Both the position numbers and the translations under genes were made by a program. Below are positions 9,092 through 18,341 of a stretch of 64,000 bases of DNA, piece after piece. The stretch is from Alphaproteobacteria bacterium. Its GTDB lineage: Bacteria > Pseudomonadota > Alphaproteobacteria > GCA-2746255. The stretch covers positions 448,001 to 512,000 of the forward strand of contig OZ252220.1 of NCBI GenBank assembly GCA_965249135.1, written 5' to 3'. The stretch's first letter is position 1. Every line of letters starts with the position of its first letter. The notes beneath the pieces are model-generated. The model did no database searches. It was not told the origin of the DNA and was given only the letters and a program-made list of their open reading frames with translations.

Positions 9092-11173
9092 CTAACCAGA
9101 GCGCAAATACTTCACCGCTGCATCGCGTTCGAAGAGATAAAGAAGAACGCGAAGCGCTTCGCCGCGTGGCGTTTGCAACTCGGGATCGCGCCCCAGAAAC
9201 AGGGATACGTCGTCATAGGCCATCGTCATCAGGTTTTCGTGAAGGGCAGGGTCGGCGATCCGGAAAAGGGGAAGACCGCTTTGCCGGGTGCCGAGCACCT
9301 GGCCGCTGCCACGAAGGCGGAGGTCTTCCTCGGCGATTCGAAAGCCGTCGTCGGTTTCGCGCAGGATCTTCAACCGCGCCTTTGCCGGCGCACTTAATGG
9401 CGAGGCGAACAGAAGCAAACAGGTCGACGCCTGCTTGCCACGTCCGATACGGCCGCGCAGCTGGTGAAGCTGGGCAAGCCCGAAGCGTTCGGCATGTTCG
9501 ATCACCATGACGGTGGCTTGCGGAACATCGACGCCGACTTCCACGACCGTCGTGGCCACGAGAAGGCGAAGGCGGCCTTCGAGGAAGGCGGCCATGGCGG
9601 CGTCCTTTTCCTTTCCCTTCATCCGGCCATGGAGAAGGCCGACGCGCGCTCCGAAGATCGCCTTGAGCAGAGCAAAACGTTCTTCCGCCGCGGCGACGTC
9701 GAGGACTTCGGATTCCTCGACAAGCGGACAGACCCAATAGACCCTGCGGCCTTCCTCCATCGCCCTGCGCACGGCGGCGACGACCTCGTCCAGGCGTTCG
9801 ATCGGAATGAGGCGGGTGTCCACCGGCTGCCTTCCGGCCGGTTTCTCGGTTAATCGCGAGACCTCTAGGTCGCCATAGATGGTCAGCGTCAGCGTGCGCG
9901 GAATCGGAGTGGCCGTCATGACCAGCGTGTCGACGGCGTGCCCCTTCGAGGCCAACGTCAGCCGCTGATGGACGCCGAAGCGGTGCTGTTCGTCGATGAC
10001 CGCGAAGGCGAGGTCGCCAAACGCGACCTCCTCCTGGAAAAGGGCGTGGGTCCCAACCGCGATCGCCGTCGAGCCTTCGGCCAGGTCCTCGAAGATCTGC
10101 CGGCGCTCGGCCCCTTTCTCACGGCCGGTGAGCAGGGCTAGCGTCACGCCGGTATCGCCTAACAGGGTTTCGATGGTCGCAAAGTGTTGCCGGGCCAGGA
10201 TCTCGGTCGGCGCCATCAACACCGCCTGCGCCCCGCTTTCCACGGCGCTCAGCATGGTGAGCAGCGCAACGACCGTCTTGCCGCTGCCGACGTCGCCCTG
10301 AAGGAGGCGCAGCATCCGCTGGCCGGACGCCATGTCCGCGTCGATTTCCGTGAGCGCCGTGTTTTGCGATCCCGTGAGCTCGAAGGGAAGCTTGGCTATG
10401 ACCCGCTTTCGGAGCGACCCATCGCCGCGGATCGATCGGCCTTTGCTGCGCCGCAGATGCAGGCGAAGCAGGCCGAGGGCCAGCTGGTTGGCGAGAAGCT
10501 CGTCATAGGCGAGGCGGGTGCGGGAAGGCGTGCTTGGCGATAGGTCGCCTTCCGCCTGCGGCTGGTGGACGGCAAACAGAGCCTCGCGCCAGCCCGACCA
10601 GCCTTGGCGCTTGCAAAGGCTCGAGTCCAGCCACTCCGCGAACTCCGGGACCAGGGAAAGCGCGCCCGCAACCGCCTTGGCCAGCGGTTTTCGGGTGAGG
10701 TCGGCCGTCAAGGGATAGACCGGTTCGACCTGTTGCCGTTTCTCCGTCTCTTCCGGCTTGGCGATGAGGTCGGGATGGACGATCTGTAAGCGTTCCCGAA
10801 ATTCCTCGACACGGCCGCTCACCACCCGTATTTCGCCCTCCGGCAGGGTGCGCCGGAGGTAATCCGCCTTCCCATGGAAGAAAACCAGGGTGATCCCGCC
10901 GGTCGCGTCCGAACATCGGATTCGGTAGGGAAGGCGGCGGGTTGGCGGCGGTTCATGGGTATCGACCCGAAGGTGGAGGGTGGCGATCCGCCCCGGTTCG
11001 GCTGCCACGAGTTTCGGCGCGTAGCGCCGATCGATGAGGCCCGTCGGAAAAAGCCATAAGAGGTCGACGATGTGGGGTCCGGCAAGTGCTTCGATCGCCT
11101 TGCCGATGCGGGGCCCGATGCCAGGAAGCTTGGTCACCGGCGCAAAAAGCGGGAACAGGATTTCGGGGCGCAT
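9092..11173 (-). CDS. recG: ATP-dependent DNA helicase RecG
   Basis: RLLQGDVGSGKT, DEQHRFGV, MTATPIPRTL, QLRGRIGRG. Confidence 0.97.
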   Translation of the reverse strand: MRPEILFPLFAPVTKLPGIGPRIGKAIEALAGPHIVDLLWLFPTGLIDRRYAPKLVAAEPGRIATLHLRVDTHEPPPTRRLPYRIRCSDATGGITLVFFHGKADYLRRTLPEGEIRVVSGRVEEFRERLQIVHPDLIAKPEETEKRQQVEPVYPLTADLTRKPLAKAVAGALSLVPEFAEWLDSSLCKRQGWSGWREALFAVHQPQAEGDLSPSTPSRTRLAYDELLANQLALGLLRLHLRRSKGRSIRGDGSLRKRVIAKLPFELTGSQNTALTEIDADMASGQRMLRLLQGDVGSGKTVVALLTMLSAVESGAQAVLMAPTEILARQHFATIETLLGDTGVTLALLTGREKGAERRQIFEDLAEGSTAIAVGTHALFQEEVAFGDLAFAVIDEQHRFGVHQRLTLASKGHAVDTLVMTATPIPRTLTLTIYGDLEVSRLTEKPAGRQPVDTRLIPIERLDEVVAAVRRAMEEGRRVYWVCPLVEESEVLDVAAAEERFALLKAIFGARVGLLHGRMKGKEKDAAMAAFLEGRLRLLVATTVVEVGVDVPQATVMVIEHAERFGLAQLHQLRGRIGRGKQASTCLLLFASPLSAPAKARLKILRETDDGFRIAEEDLRLRGSGQVLGTRQSGLPLFRIADPALHENLMTMAYDDVSLFLGRDPELQTPRGEALRVLLYLFERDAAVKYLRSG

Positions 11174-11277
11174 CGTCCATCCCTAGGATCGTAAGGCTGA
11201 CAGATTGGGCCTAAGCTCTATATCCTAGTGCCAATCGAGACACGCACCCAACTCTCAAGCCCCCAATTCTCAAGGCC

Positions 11278-11541
11278 ATGGCCGATTTTTCCAATCCCCG
11301 TTTGAAACGGCTTCTTTACTTAAGCCAGCGCCGCGGCACCCAGGAGAACGATCTTCTGCTGAGCCGATTCGCTAAATCCCATCTCGCTGCCTTCACGCCG
11401 GACGAGCTCGATCAGTACGAGGCGCTTCTCGAGGCCGAGGATGTCGACCTGTTCAACTGGATCGTCGGTCGTACGGCGCTGCCGCCGGCGCACGACACGC
11501 CGGTGATGCGAATGATCATTCACTTTAATGAAACAGACTAA
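11278..11541 (+). CDS. sdhE: Succinate dehydrogenase assembly factor 2 (SdhE)
   Basis: KRLLY..RRGTQENDLLL motif; conserved position between recG and mfd. Confidence 0.9.
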   Translation: MADFSNPRLKRLLYLSQRRGTQENDLLLSRFAKSHLAAFTPDELDQYEALLEAEDVDLFNWIVGRTALPPAHDTPVMRMIIHFNETD

Positions 11542-14500
11542 CTTGCTGGAAAATATACTGAAGAACGTCGGCGAGGGTGGGCGCCAGACGGTCACGGCGT
11601 TGCCGGAGGGTGCCGATGCCGAGCTGTTGGCAAGCTGCGCGAAATCCGGCCAACAGCTCAGCATCCTTCACATCGCCCGGGACGAGGGTCGCATGCTTGC
11701 CTTGGCCGAGGCGGTTGGCTTCTTCGCGCCGGATCTTGCGATCCGCATTTTTCCGGCTTGGGATTGCCTGCCCTATGACCGTTCGCCACCCCACGCGTCG
11801 GTCGAAAGCCAGCGCATGGAGGTGCTGGCCGAACTCACAAACCCGGCTCAGGAAGCCAAGGTGGGCCTCCTGCTGACCACGGTGAACGCCTGCCTTCAGC
11901 GGCTTCCCACGCGGGCCAGCCTCAAGGGGAGCCGTTTCGCGGTTCGGGCCAATGCGGCGCTCGATCCTTTGGTGCTGGTCGCCTATCTCGAAGCGAAGGG
12001 CTATGGCCGCGCGGAAGTCGTGATGGAACCTGGCGAATTCGCGGTGCGCGGCGGGATTTTGGACGTCTACCCGCCGGGAACGGACGAGCCGTTGCGTCTC
12101 GATTTCTTCGGCGACGAACTCGAGGGAATCCGCCGCTTCGATCCCTTCACCCAACGCAGCTCGGGCCAGGTGCCGGATTTTCTCTTCAAGCCGATCAGCG
12201 AGCTGGTTCTCGATAAGGAAAGCATTGCGCGGTTCCGCACCGGCTACCGGGAAGCCTTCGGAACCGTGACGGCGGAAGATCGCCTCTATGAGTCGGTCTC
12301 GGCGGGGGCCCGTTACCCGGGCATGGAGCATTGGCTGCCGCTCTTCCATGAGCGGCTCGAAACCCTGTTTGACTATATGCCGGGCGCGCTTGTCAGCCTC
12401 GATCATCAGGCCGAGGAAGTGGCGAAAGTCCGTTTCGAGCAGATCGTGGAATATTACGAGACCCGCAAGGCGCTTTCGCAAGAAAGCGTGCGGGAAGGCG
12501 CGGGTTTCTACCACCCCTTGCCGCCCGCCGCCCTCTATCTCGGCCAGGAAGAGTGGCGGCAATGCCTCGATACCCGGCCGATCGTCGCCTTCACCCCCTT
12601 CGTAAGCCGCGCGGATGGGAAGGGGATGCATGACGCGGGCGGCAAAGCGGTGCTCGATTTCGCCGCCGCGCGCAGGGACCCAAGGGTCGATGTCTTTGAA
12701 GAAGTCCGAAAGGTTCTTGGCGAAGCCCTGAAGGCAGGCAAGCGTTGCCTGATCGCCGGCGCCAGCCGCGGCTCGCGGGACCGGCTGAAATCGATCCTCG
12801 CCAATCATAGGATCGAAGAACTGGTGGCGGCCGAGGACTGGCCCGAGGCGGCAGCACTCGCGCCTAACAAGACGGCGCTTATCGTGCTCGGACTCGAACG
12901 GGGCTTTTCGGCTCCCGGCATCGTCGTCATCACGGAGGAGGACATCCTTGGCGAACGCCTCGGTCGGTCCCGGAAACGGCGGCGCGCGAAAGACGTACTC
13001 ACCCACGCGGCCAGCCTCGTTCCCGGTGATCTCGTCGTTCACACAGAGCACGGGATCGGCCGCTACGACGGCCTGATCGCCGTCGAGGTCCAGGAAGCGC
13101 CCCACGATTGCCTGCGCATTCTCTATGCGGATGACGACAAGCTCTTCCTGCCGGTCGAAAATATCGAGCTTCTTTCCCGCTACGGTTTGGAAGAAGGACA
13201 GGTGCATCGCGACCGTTTGGGCGGAGTCGCCTGGCAGGCCCGAAAGTCGCGGCTGAAGCGCCGCATTCGCGACATGGCAGACGAGCTGATCCGCGTGGCG
13301 GCGGAACGCGCCCTGCAGCCGGGTGAGGCGGTGAGCCCGCCGGAAGGCTATGACGAATTCTGCGCGCGCTTTCCTTACCCGGAAACGGATGACCAGCAAC
13401 TCGCCATCGAAGACACCTTGCGTGACTTGGCCCAGGGCCGTCCGATGGATCGGCTGATTTGCGGCGATGTCGGTTTCGGAAAGACGGAGGTGGCGCTGCG
13501 TGCCGCCTTTGTCGCCGCCCTTTCGGGACATCAGGTCGCCATTGTCGTGCCGACGACGCTTCTAGCACGTCAGCATTTCGAGACCTTCGGCGAGCGTTTC
13601 GCCGGCTTCCCGGTTCGCATCGAACAGATTTCCCGGCTGGTTCCGGCGCGCAAACAGACCGAGATCAAGGAACGCCTTGCCGAGGGGAGTTGCGATATCG
13701 TGATTGGCACCCATGCGCTGCTTGGGAAATCGATTCGCTTCGCCGATCTCGGGCTTTTGATCGTCGACGAAGAACAGCATTTCGGCGTTGCCCACAAGGA
13801 GCGGTTGAAGAAACTCCGTGCCGGCGTTCACGTGCTGACCATGACGGCGACGCCCATCCCACGAACCTTGCAACTCGCCCTTTCCGGTGTGAGGGAGATG
13901 AGCGTGATCGCCACACCGCCGCTCGATCGTGTGGCGGTTCGAAGCTTCGTGCTCCCTTACGATCCGGTCATCGTCCGCGAGGCGATCCTGCGCGAACGCC
14001 TGCGCGGGGGTCAGGTCTTTTATGTCTGTCCGCGAATCGAGGATCTGCCAAAAATCGAAGAGAAGCTCAAGCGCTTGGTTCCGGAGGTGCGCATAGCCGT
14101 GGCCCATGGCCGGATGGCAGCGCGCGGGCTTGAAAAAGTGATGACGGCTTTTTACGAAGGCGCCACCGACGTGTTGCTTTGCACGAATATCATCGAGTCC
14201 GGATTGGACGTGGCGGCGGCAAACACGCTGATCGTGCACCGCTCGGACCTATTCGGCCTTGCCCAACTTTACCAACTACGTGGCCGTATCGGGCGGGCGA
14301 AGAGCCGGGCCTACGCCTATCTCACAATCCCTCCCGATCGGATCCTCACCGCGGCGGCGACGAAACGCTTGCAAACGATGCAAACGCTCGATTCCCTTGG
14401 CGCCGGTTTTCAACTGGCGAGCCACGACTTGGACATCCGCGGCGCCGGCAACCTGCTCGGCGAAGCACAATCCGGCCATATCCGGGAAGTGGGGATCGAG

Positions 14501-15022
14501 CTTTACCAGCATCTGCTCGAGGAAGCCGTGGCCGAGGCGCGCGGCGAGCGGGCGGTGATCTCAGCCGAGGAGGCCTGGACGCCGGAAATTCATCTCGGCA
14601 TGCCGGTGCTGATTCCGGAAGGCTACGTTGCCGATCTGGGCTTGCGCCTCGAGTTCTATCGCCGCATCGCCCGGCTCGAGAACCGGGCCGAAATCGAGGA
14701 TTTTGCGGCCGAACTCATCGATCGCTTCGGTCCGATCCCGGAAGAGGTCGAGAACCTGCTCGAGATCGTCGCCCTCAAACAGCTCTGCAAGACGGCCGGC
14801 ATCGGCGGGTTTGAAGCGGGTCCGAAAGGGGCCCTCGTCGGCTTCCATAAGGACCGCTTTGCAAAACCCGAACGACTCGCCGATTTCCTGATGGCCGAGG
14901 TAGGGCAGGTAAAGCTTCGCCCCGATCACAAGCTCGTCTACCGCCGGGATTGGGAAGATTTGCATGACCGCATGACCGGCACGCGCCATCTGGTGGAAAA
15001 TTTGGCGAAGCTGGTGGCCTAA
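11528..15022 (+). CDS. mfd: Transcription-repair coupling factor
   Basis: FPAWDCLPYD, VVHTEHGIGRY, CGDVGFGKTEVA, DEEQHFGV and C-terminal TRCF domain. Confidence 0.97.
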   Translation: MKQTNLLENILKNVGEGGRQTVTALPEGADAELLASCAKSGQQLSILHIARDEGRMLALAEAVGFFAPDLAIRIFPAWDCLPYDRSPPHASVESQRMEVLAELTNPAQEAKVGLLLTTVNACLQRLPTRASLKGSRFAVRANAALDPLVLVAYLEAKGYGRAEVVMEPGEFAVRGGILDVYPPGTDEPLRLDFFGDELEGIRRFDPFTQRSSGQVPDFLFKPISELVLDKESIARFRTGYREAFGTVTAEDRLYESVSAGARYPGMEHWLPLFHERLETLFDYMPGALVSLDHQAEEVAKVRFEQIVEYYETRKALSQESVREGAGFYHPLPPAALYLGQEEWRQCLDTRPIVAFTPFVSRADGKGMHDAGGKAVLDFAAARRDPRVDVFEEVRKVLGEALKAGKRCLIAGASRGSRDRLKSILANHRIEELVAAEDWPEAAALAPNKTALIVLGLERGFSAPGIVVITEEDILGERLGRSRKRRRAKDVLTHAASLVPGDLVVHTEHGIGRYDGLIAVEVQEAPHDCLRILYADDDKLFLPVENIELLSRYGLEEGQVHRDRLGGVAWQARKSRLKRRIRDMADELIRVAAERALQPGEAVSPPEGYDEFCARFPYPETDDQQLAIEDTLRDLAQGRPMDRLICGDVGFGKTEVALRAAFVAALSGHQVAIVVPTTLLARQHFETFGERFAGFPVRIEQISRLVPARKQTEIKERLAEGSCDIVIGTHALLGKSIRFADLGLLIVDEEQHFGVAHKERLKKLRAGVHVLTMTATPIPRTLQLALSGVREMSVIATPPLDRVAVRSFVLPYDPVIVREAILRERLRGGQVFYVCPRIEDLPKIEEKLKRLVPEVRIAVAHGRMAARGLEKVMTAFYEGATDVLLCTNIIESGLDVAAANTLIVHRSDLFGLAQLYQLRGRIGRAKSRAYAYLTIPPDRILTAAATKRLQTMQTLDSLGAGFQLASHDLDIRGAGNLLGEAQSGHIREVGIELYQHLLEEAVAEARGERAVISAEEAWTPEIHLGMPVLIPEGYVADLGLRLEFYRRIARLENRAEIEDFAAELIDRFGPIPEEVENLLEIVALKQLCKTAGIGGFEAGPKGALVGFHKDRFAKPERLADFLMAEVGQVKLRPDHKLVYRRDWEDLHDRMTGTRHLVENLAKLVA

Positions 15023-15109
15023 GCTTTAAGTCGGCGCGCTCCCTTGTCGCTCACCGGTCGGCATGGAAGAATGCGCGAGATACGCAACGCACACTTAAGG
15101 AAAACGGAC

Positions 15110-15883
15110 GTGGTTTCATCCTTGTCCTATGATCTGGTCGGCCAATGCGCCTTCGTAAGCGGCGCATCCAGCGGTCTTGGCCGGCGTTTCGCGCTGGTGC
15201 TGGCCAAGGCCGGTGCGAAGGTGGCGATCGCGGCGCGCAGGGCAGATAAGCTTCAGGAACTCAGGCACGAGATCGAGGCGTTCGACGGCAGGGCCATTCC
15301 GATCGGTCTTGACGTGCGGGACCCAAAAAGCGTGCGCCAGGCGGTCGCCTGTGCCGAGACCGAACTCGGCGCGATCACGATCCTTGTCAACAATGCCGGG
15401 ATCTCCATCCCGAAACCGTTTCTGGAGACCGACGAGGCGGATTGGGATCAGATCGTGGGCACGAATCTGAAAGGCGCATGGCTGCTGGCGAAGGAGGTCG
15501 CCCAACACATGACGCGCCTCGGCCATAGCGGGACGATCATCAACATCGCCTCGATCATTTCGGACCGCGTCATCGGCCACAATGCCGTCTATGGTGCTGC
15601 GAAGGCGGGGCTTGTGCATCTGACGAAGGCGATGGCCGTTGAGCTTGCCCGTCACGCCATTCGCGTCAACGCGATCGCGCCGGGCTACATCACGACGGAG
15701 ATGAATCAGGAATTCTTCGCGAGTGGGGAAGGGGAGAAGATCAAGCAGCGGATCCCCCTTCGCCGTATCGGCGCGCCGGAGGATCTGGACGGGGTCTTGC
15801 TGCTACTGGCCTCGGATGCATCCGGCTTCATGACCGGCGCCATCGTCACCGTCGACGGCGGCCAAAGCGTCAATCCCTTGTAG
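15110..15883 (+). CDS. Short-chain dehydrogenase/reductase (FabG-like)
   Basis: SGASSGLG, NNAG, YGAAK, VDGG; likely GTG start at 15110 after AAGGA. Confidence 0.9.
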   Translation: MVSSLSYDLVGQCAFVSGASSGLGRRFALVLAKAGAKVAIAARRADKLQELRHEIEAFDGRAIPIGLDVRDPKSVRQAVACAETELGAITILVNNAGISIPKPFLETDEADWDQIVGTNLKGAWLLAKEVAQHMTRLGHSGTIINIASIISDRVIGHNAVYGAAKAGLVHLTKAMAVELARHAIRVNAIAPGYITTEMNQEFFASGEGEKIKQRIPLRRIGAPEDLDGVLLLLASDASGFMTGAIVTVDGGQSVNPL

Positions 15884-16012
15884 TGGGCCCTTGTAGCGGA
15901 TGAGGCCGGGCTAGAGGTGGAAGCCGGCGGGTCGAGCCGGGTGTGCCACACGAAAATCTAGAAACGGGGTTCCGGCGCCCATTTGTGAACCTGCGGCGTT
16001 AAGGAGGGAAGG

Positions 16013-16240
16013 ATGGACGACAAGGTGAAGGAACTCGTGGCCATGGGTGCGGCGGCGGCCGCCAATTGCCACCCCTGCATGGATTACCATCTGGCCAAAT
16101 GCGACAAGCTGGGCGTTCCGCGCGAAGAGGTCGTCGAAGCGGTCAAGGCCGGCTTGATGGTGAACCATAGGGCCGAGGGGCGTATCCGCAAGCGCGCCCG
16201 CGAACTCTTGGGCGACGCCGTGGGGGAGGCGGGGGCCTGA
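16013..16240 (+). CDS. Carboxymuconolactone decarboxylase/AhpD-like protein
   Basis: KELVAMGAAAAANCHPCMDYH (CxxC..H); strong AAGGAGG RBS. Confidence 0.85.
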   Translation: MDDKVKELVAMGAAAAANCHPCMDYHLAKCDKLGVPREEVVEAVKAGLMVNHRAEGRIRKRARELLGDAVGEAGA

Positions 16241-16260
16241 GAGGAAGGGTGTAAGGACGC

Positions 16261-16351
16261 TGGCGGATGGGGTGGGATTCGAACCCACGAGACCCTTCAA
16301 GGGCCTGCCGGTTTTCAAGACCGGTGCCTTCAACCGCTCGGCCACCCATCC
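16261..16351 (-). tRNA. tRNA-Ser (anticodon TGA)
   Basis: GGATGGG/CCCATCC acceptor stem, CCGGT-CTTGAAA-ACCGG anticodon arm, long variable arm, GGTTCGAATCC T-loop, encoded CCA. Confidence 0.97.
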
Positions 16352-16360
16352 GCAGCGTGT

Positions 16361-16373
16361 TATCAATAACTTA
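16361..16373 (+). promoter_or_regulatory. IHF-consensus site
   Basis: TATCAATAACTTA matches WATCAANNNNTTR; an 11-bp direct repeat ATTGGCACCGG x2 follows at 16403-16424. Confidence 0.4.
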
Positions 16374-16586
16374 TTGAATCCGATCTTTCGCAAAATAGTA
16401 AAATTGGCACCGGATTGGCACCGGGTGTTTCTTGGCCGTTCCAGTCGGTTGTATGTGTTCGCCGTGCGGTCACTCTGATAAGGCTTCACCCCATGCCGCG
16501 TCAACCTTGAGGGCTGCGCCTTCCTGCATTCCCGACAGGCTGTTGAGCCCGGTCGCGGTGATTGTGCTATCATCACGGAATGTAAC

Positions 16587-18203
16587 TTGGATTCATGGCG
16601 TTTGGAAAAACCTTCGGTGCTCAAATCCCGCCACTTTCGTCGTCGTATTTGGTTGTTGGCAGTCTTCGTGCTCGGTGCGACGGCCGCGTCTCATACGTTC
16701 GCCGGCCAGACGGTGGTTTTCAAAAACGGACGGCCTCTCGCCGAAGCTGCTGTGACGTTCCTGACGCCGGCGGGTAAAAAATTGGCGACGGTTAAAACAG
16801 ACGCCAAGGGCATCGCCAAAACCGATCTTCCCGAGGCCACGGAGAGCCGGCGGATCGTCGTCAGGGTCGAGGACAAGAACGGCAACGCCACCTATCGCAT
16901 CATCCGCCAGCCCCCCCCCGGCAAGCCCTAGCATCTGGTGGCTCTGGACACCGCAGGGGGGATCAATGGATATAGCGAGAAGACACTCGGGTTCCTGAAA
17001 GACGCGGCCCAGCCGATCACCGTCGGCGAGAACGCCGAGGTCGGCACTGGCGCGCGCCTGAAGCAAAAGGCAATGGGAGTCGTCGGCGGTATGCTTGGCA
17101 GCGCTATCGGGGGGCTGTTGGGCGGCCGAAGTGGCGGCGGGGACTCCCCCTTTGGTGGCCGCAGTTCAAGGCCCCGCGGCGGAAGTGGCGACGATATTGA
17201 GATCGTTGACGACCCCATCGCCAAGGAGAAAAAGCGCATATTCACCGACCCCGCGTCCGGCACCAAGATCGCCATCGGCACCCAGATGACCCCCGGCGGC
17301 CTGCTGGTCAGCACCAACATCCTCGAATCGCCTAACGACGACAGCACCTTCCAGACGATCTACCTGATGGACCCGGAAGGGCGCAAAGCCGGCCCCACCG
17401 GTTACGATGTCTACGAAATGTACGCGGATTGGAAGCTGACCGTGACTTGGACCGAAGACCACTATGTCAACGGCAAACATGTGTTGCACAAGGAAGGCGG
17501 CTGGAGCGAGGAAGGCCGCGACATCCTCGGCACCTTCACCGTGCCGCGCGAAGGCGAGGGCATCTGGAGCAAATTGGGATTTTCTAACGCCGCCCAAGGC
17601 GTCAAGAGTCTGGGCACCTCCTTCCCGATCAGCCTTGGCCTGCTGGCTGCCCAGCCCATGAGCTTAGTGATCCACGTCACCACGCCGGACGAGGACCCGG
17701 TGACCACCGTCCCCTTCGTCATCGGCATCAGCGAGGACTGCCCCTGCGCCACGCAACAGATGGCGTCGATATTGGACCAGCTGCCTTCTGATGAAGAAGC
17801 GGAAGAATTGGAAGCCAGGCGGAGGCAGCAGCAAGAAAGGCTTCGGGGAGTCGAAGTGGAGATTGAGGAATCATTAGATAAAATAGCTATATTGAAGAAT
17901 ACAATCCAAATGAGAAGGTATGAATTGGAACGCGCAGCGGAATTGATTTTTATTCCAGCCAGGCGTCGTGAGAAAGAGACTTTAGCTGAGGCGGAAGAGG
18001 CTGAGCAAGGCTTAGAAGAGGAAGAAAATAGATTGGAAGAATTGCGTCGTCTTCAAAGTGAAATTAAACGTCAATTGGACCCTAGCGCCGAGCCCCCAAT
18101 CCTGACGCAATTGGAAACGGGCAGGCAAAACGATCCCTGCGGTTGCGGGACGCCTCAAATTCAAACGGTGAACATGCCGCACGAGTCCATTACTGAACAG
18201 TAA
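16587..18203 (+). pseudogene. Secreted hypothetical protein split by an in-frame TAG (16929-16931)
   Basis: ORFs 16587-16931 and 16938-18203 share a frame. Signal peptide, beta-sandwich-like N-domain (GRPLAEAAVTF..KTDAKG), glycine-zipper-like GVVGGMLGSAIGGLLGG, C-terminal coiled coil. Confidence 0.6.
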
Positions 18204-18219
18204 TTCCACTCTTCGGTGA

Positions 18220-18246
18220 TGCCCACTTTTAGGGGTAAAGCGGACA
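18220..18246 (-). repeat. REP-like extragenic palindrome
   Basis: Minus strand TGTCCGCTTT-ACCCCTA-AAAGTGGGCA forms a 10-bp stem with two G:T pairs. Confidence 0.5.
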
Positions 18247-18341
18247 GCGGCTGGTTTCGCGGCCCGCAAACGAAACCGGGGAGAAGTTTCCTTCCCCCCG
18301 GTATGATCGTAGCCGCGCGCCTTGAACGGCGGGCGTAGCCC

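Noticed and set aside
11525-13531. Long antisense ORFs (also 20076-21458, 46442-47722, 50866-52101)
   Set aside because: Expected shadows of GC-rich coding strands, with no motifs.
16261-16351. tRNA-Sec or suppressor tRNA
   Set aside because: Anticodon TGA reads Ser TCA (Sec would be TCA), and the acceptor stem is a normal 7 bp.
16929-16931. Pyrrolysine or genetic-code reassignment of TAG
   Set aside because: TAG ends many core genes here and no pyl genes are in the window.
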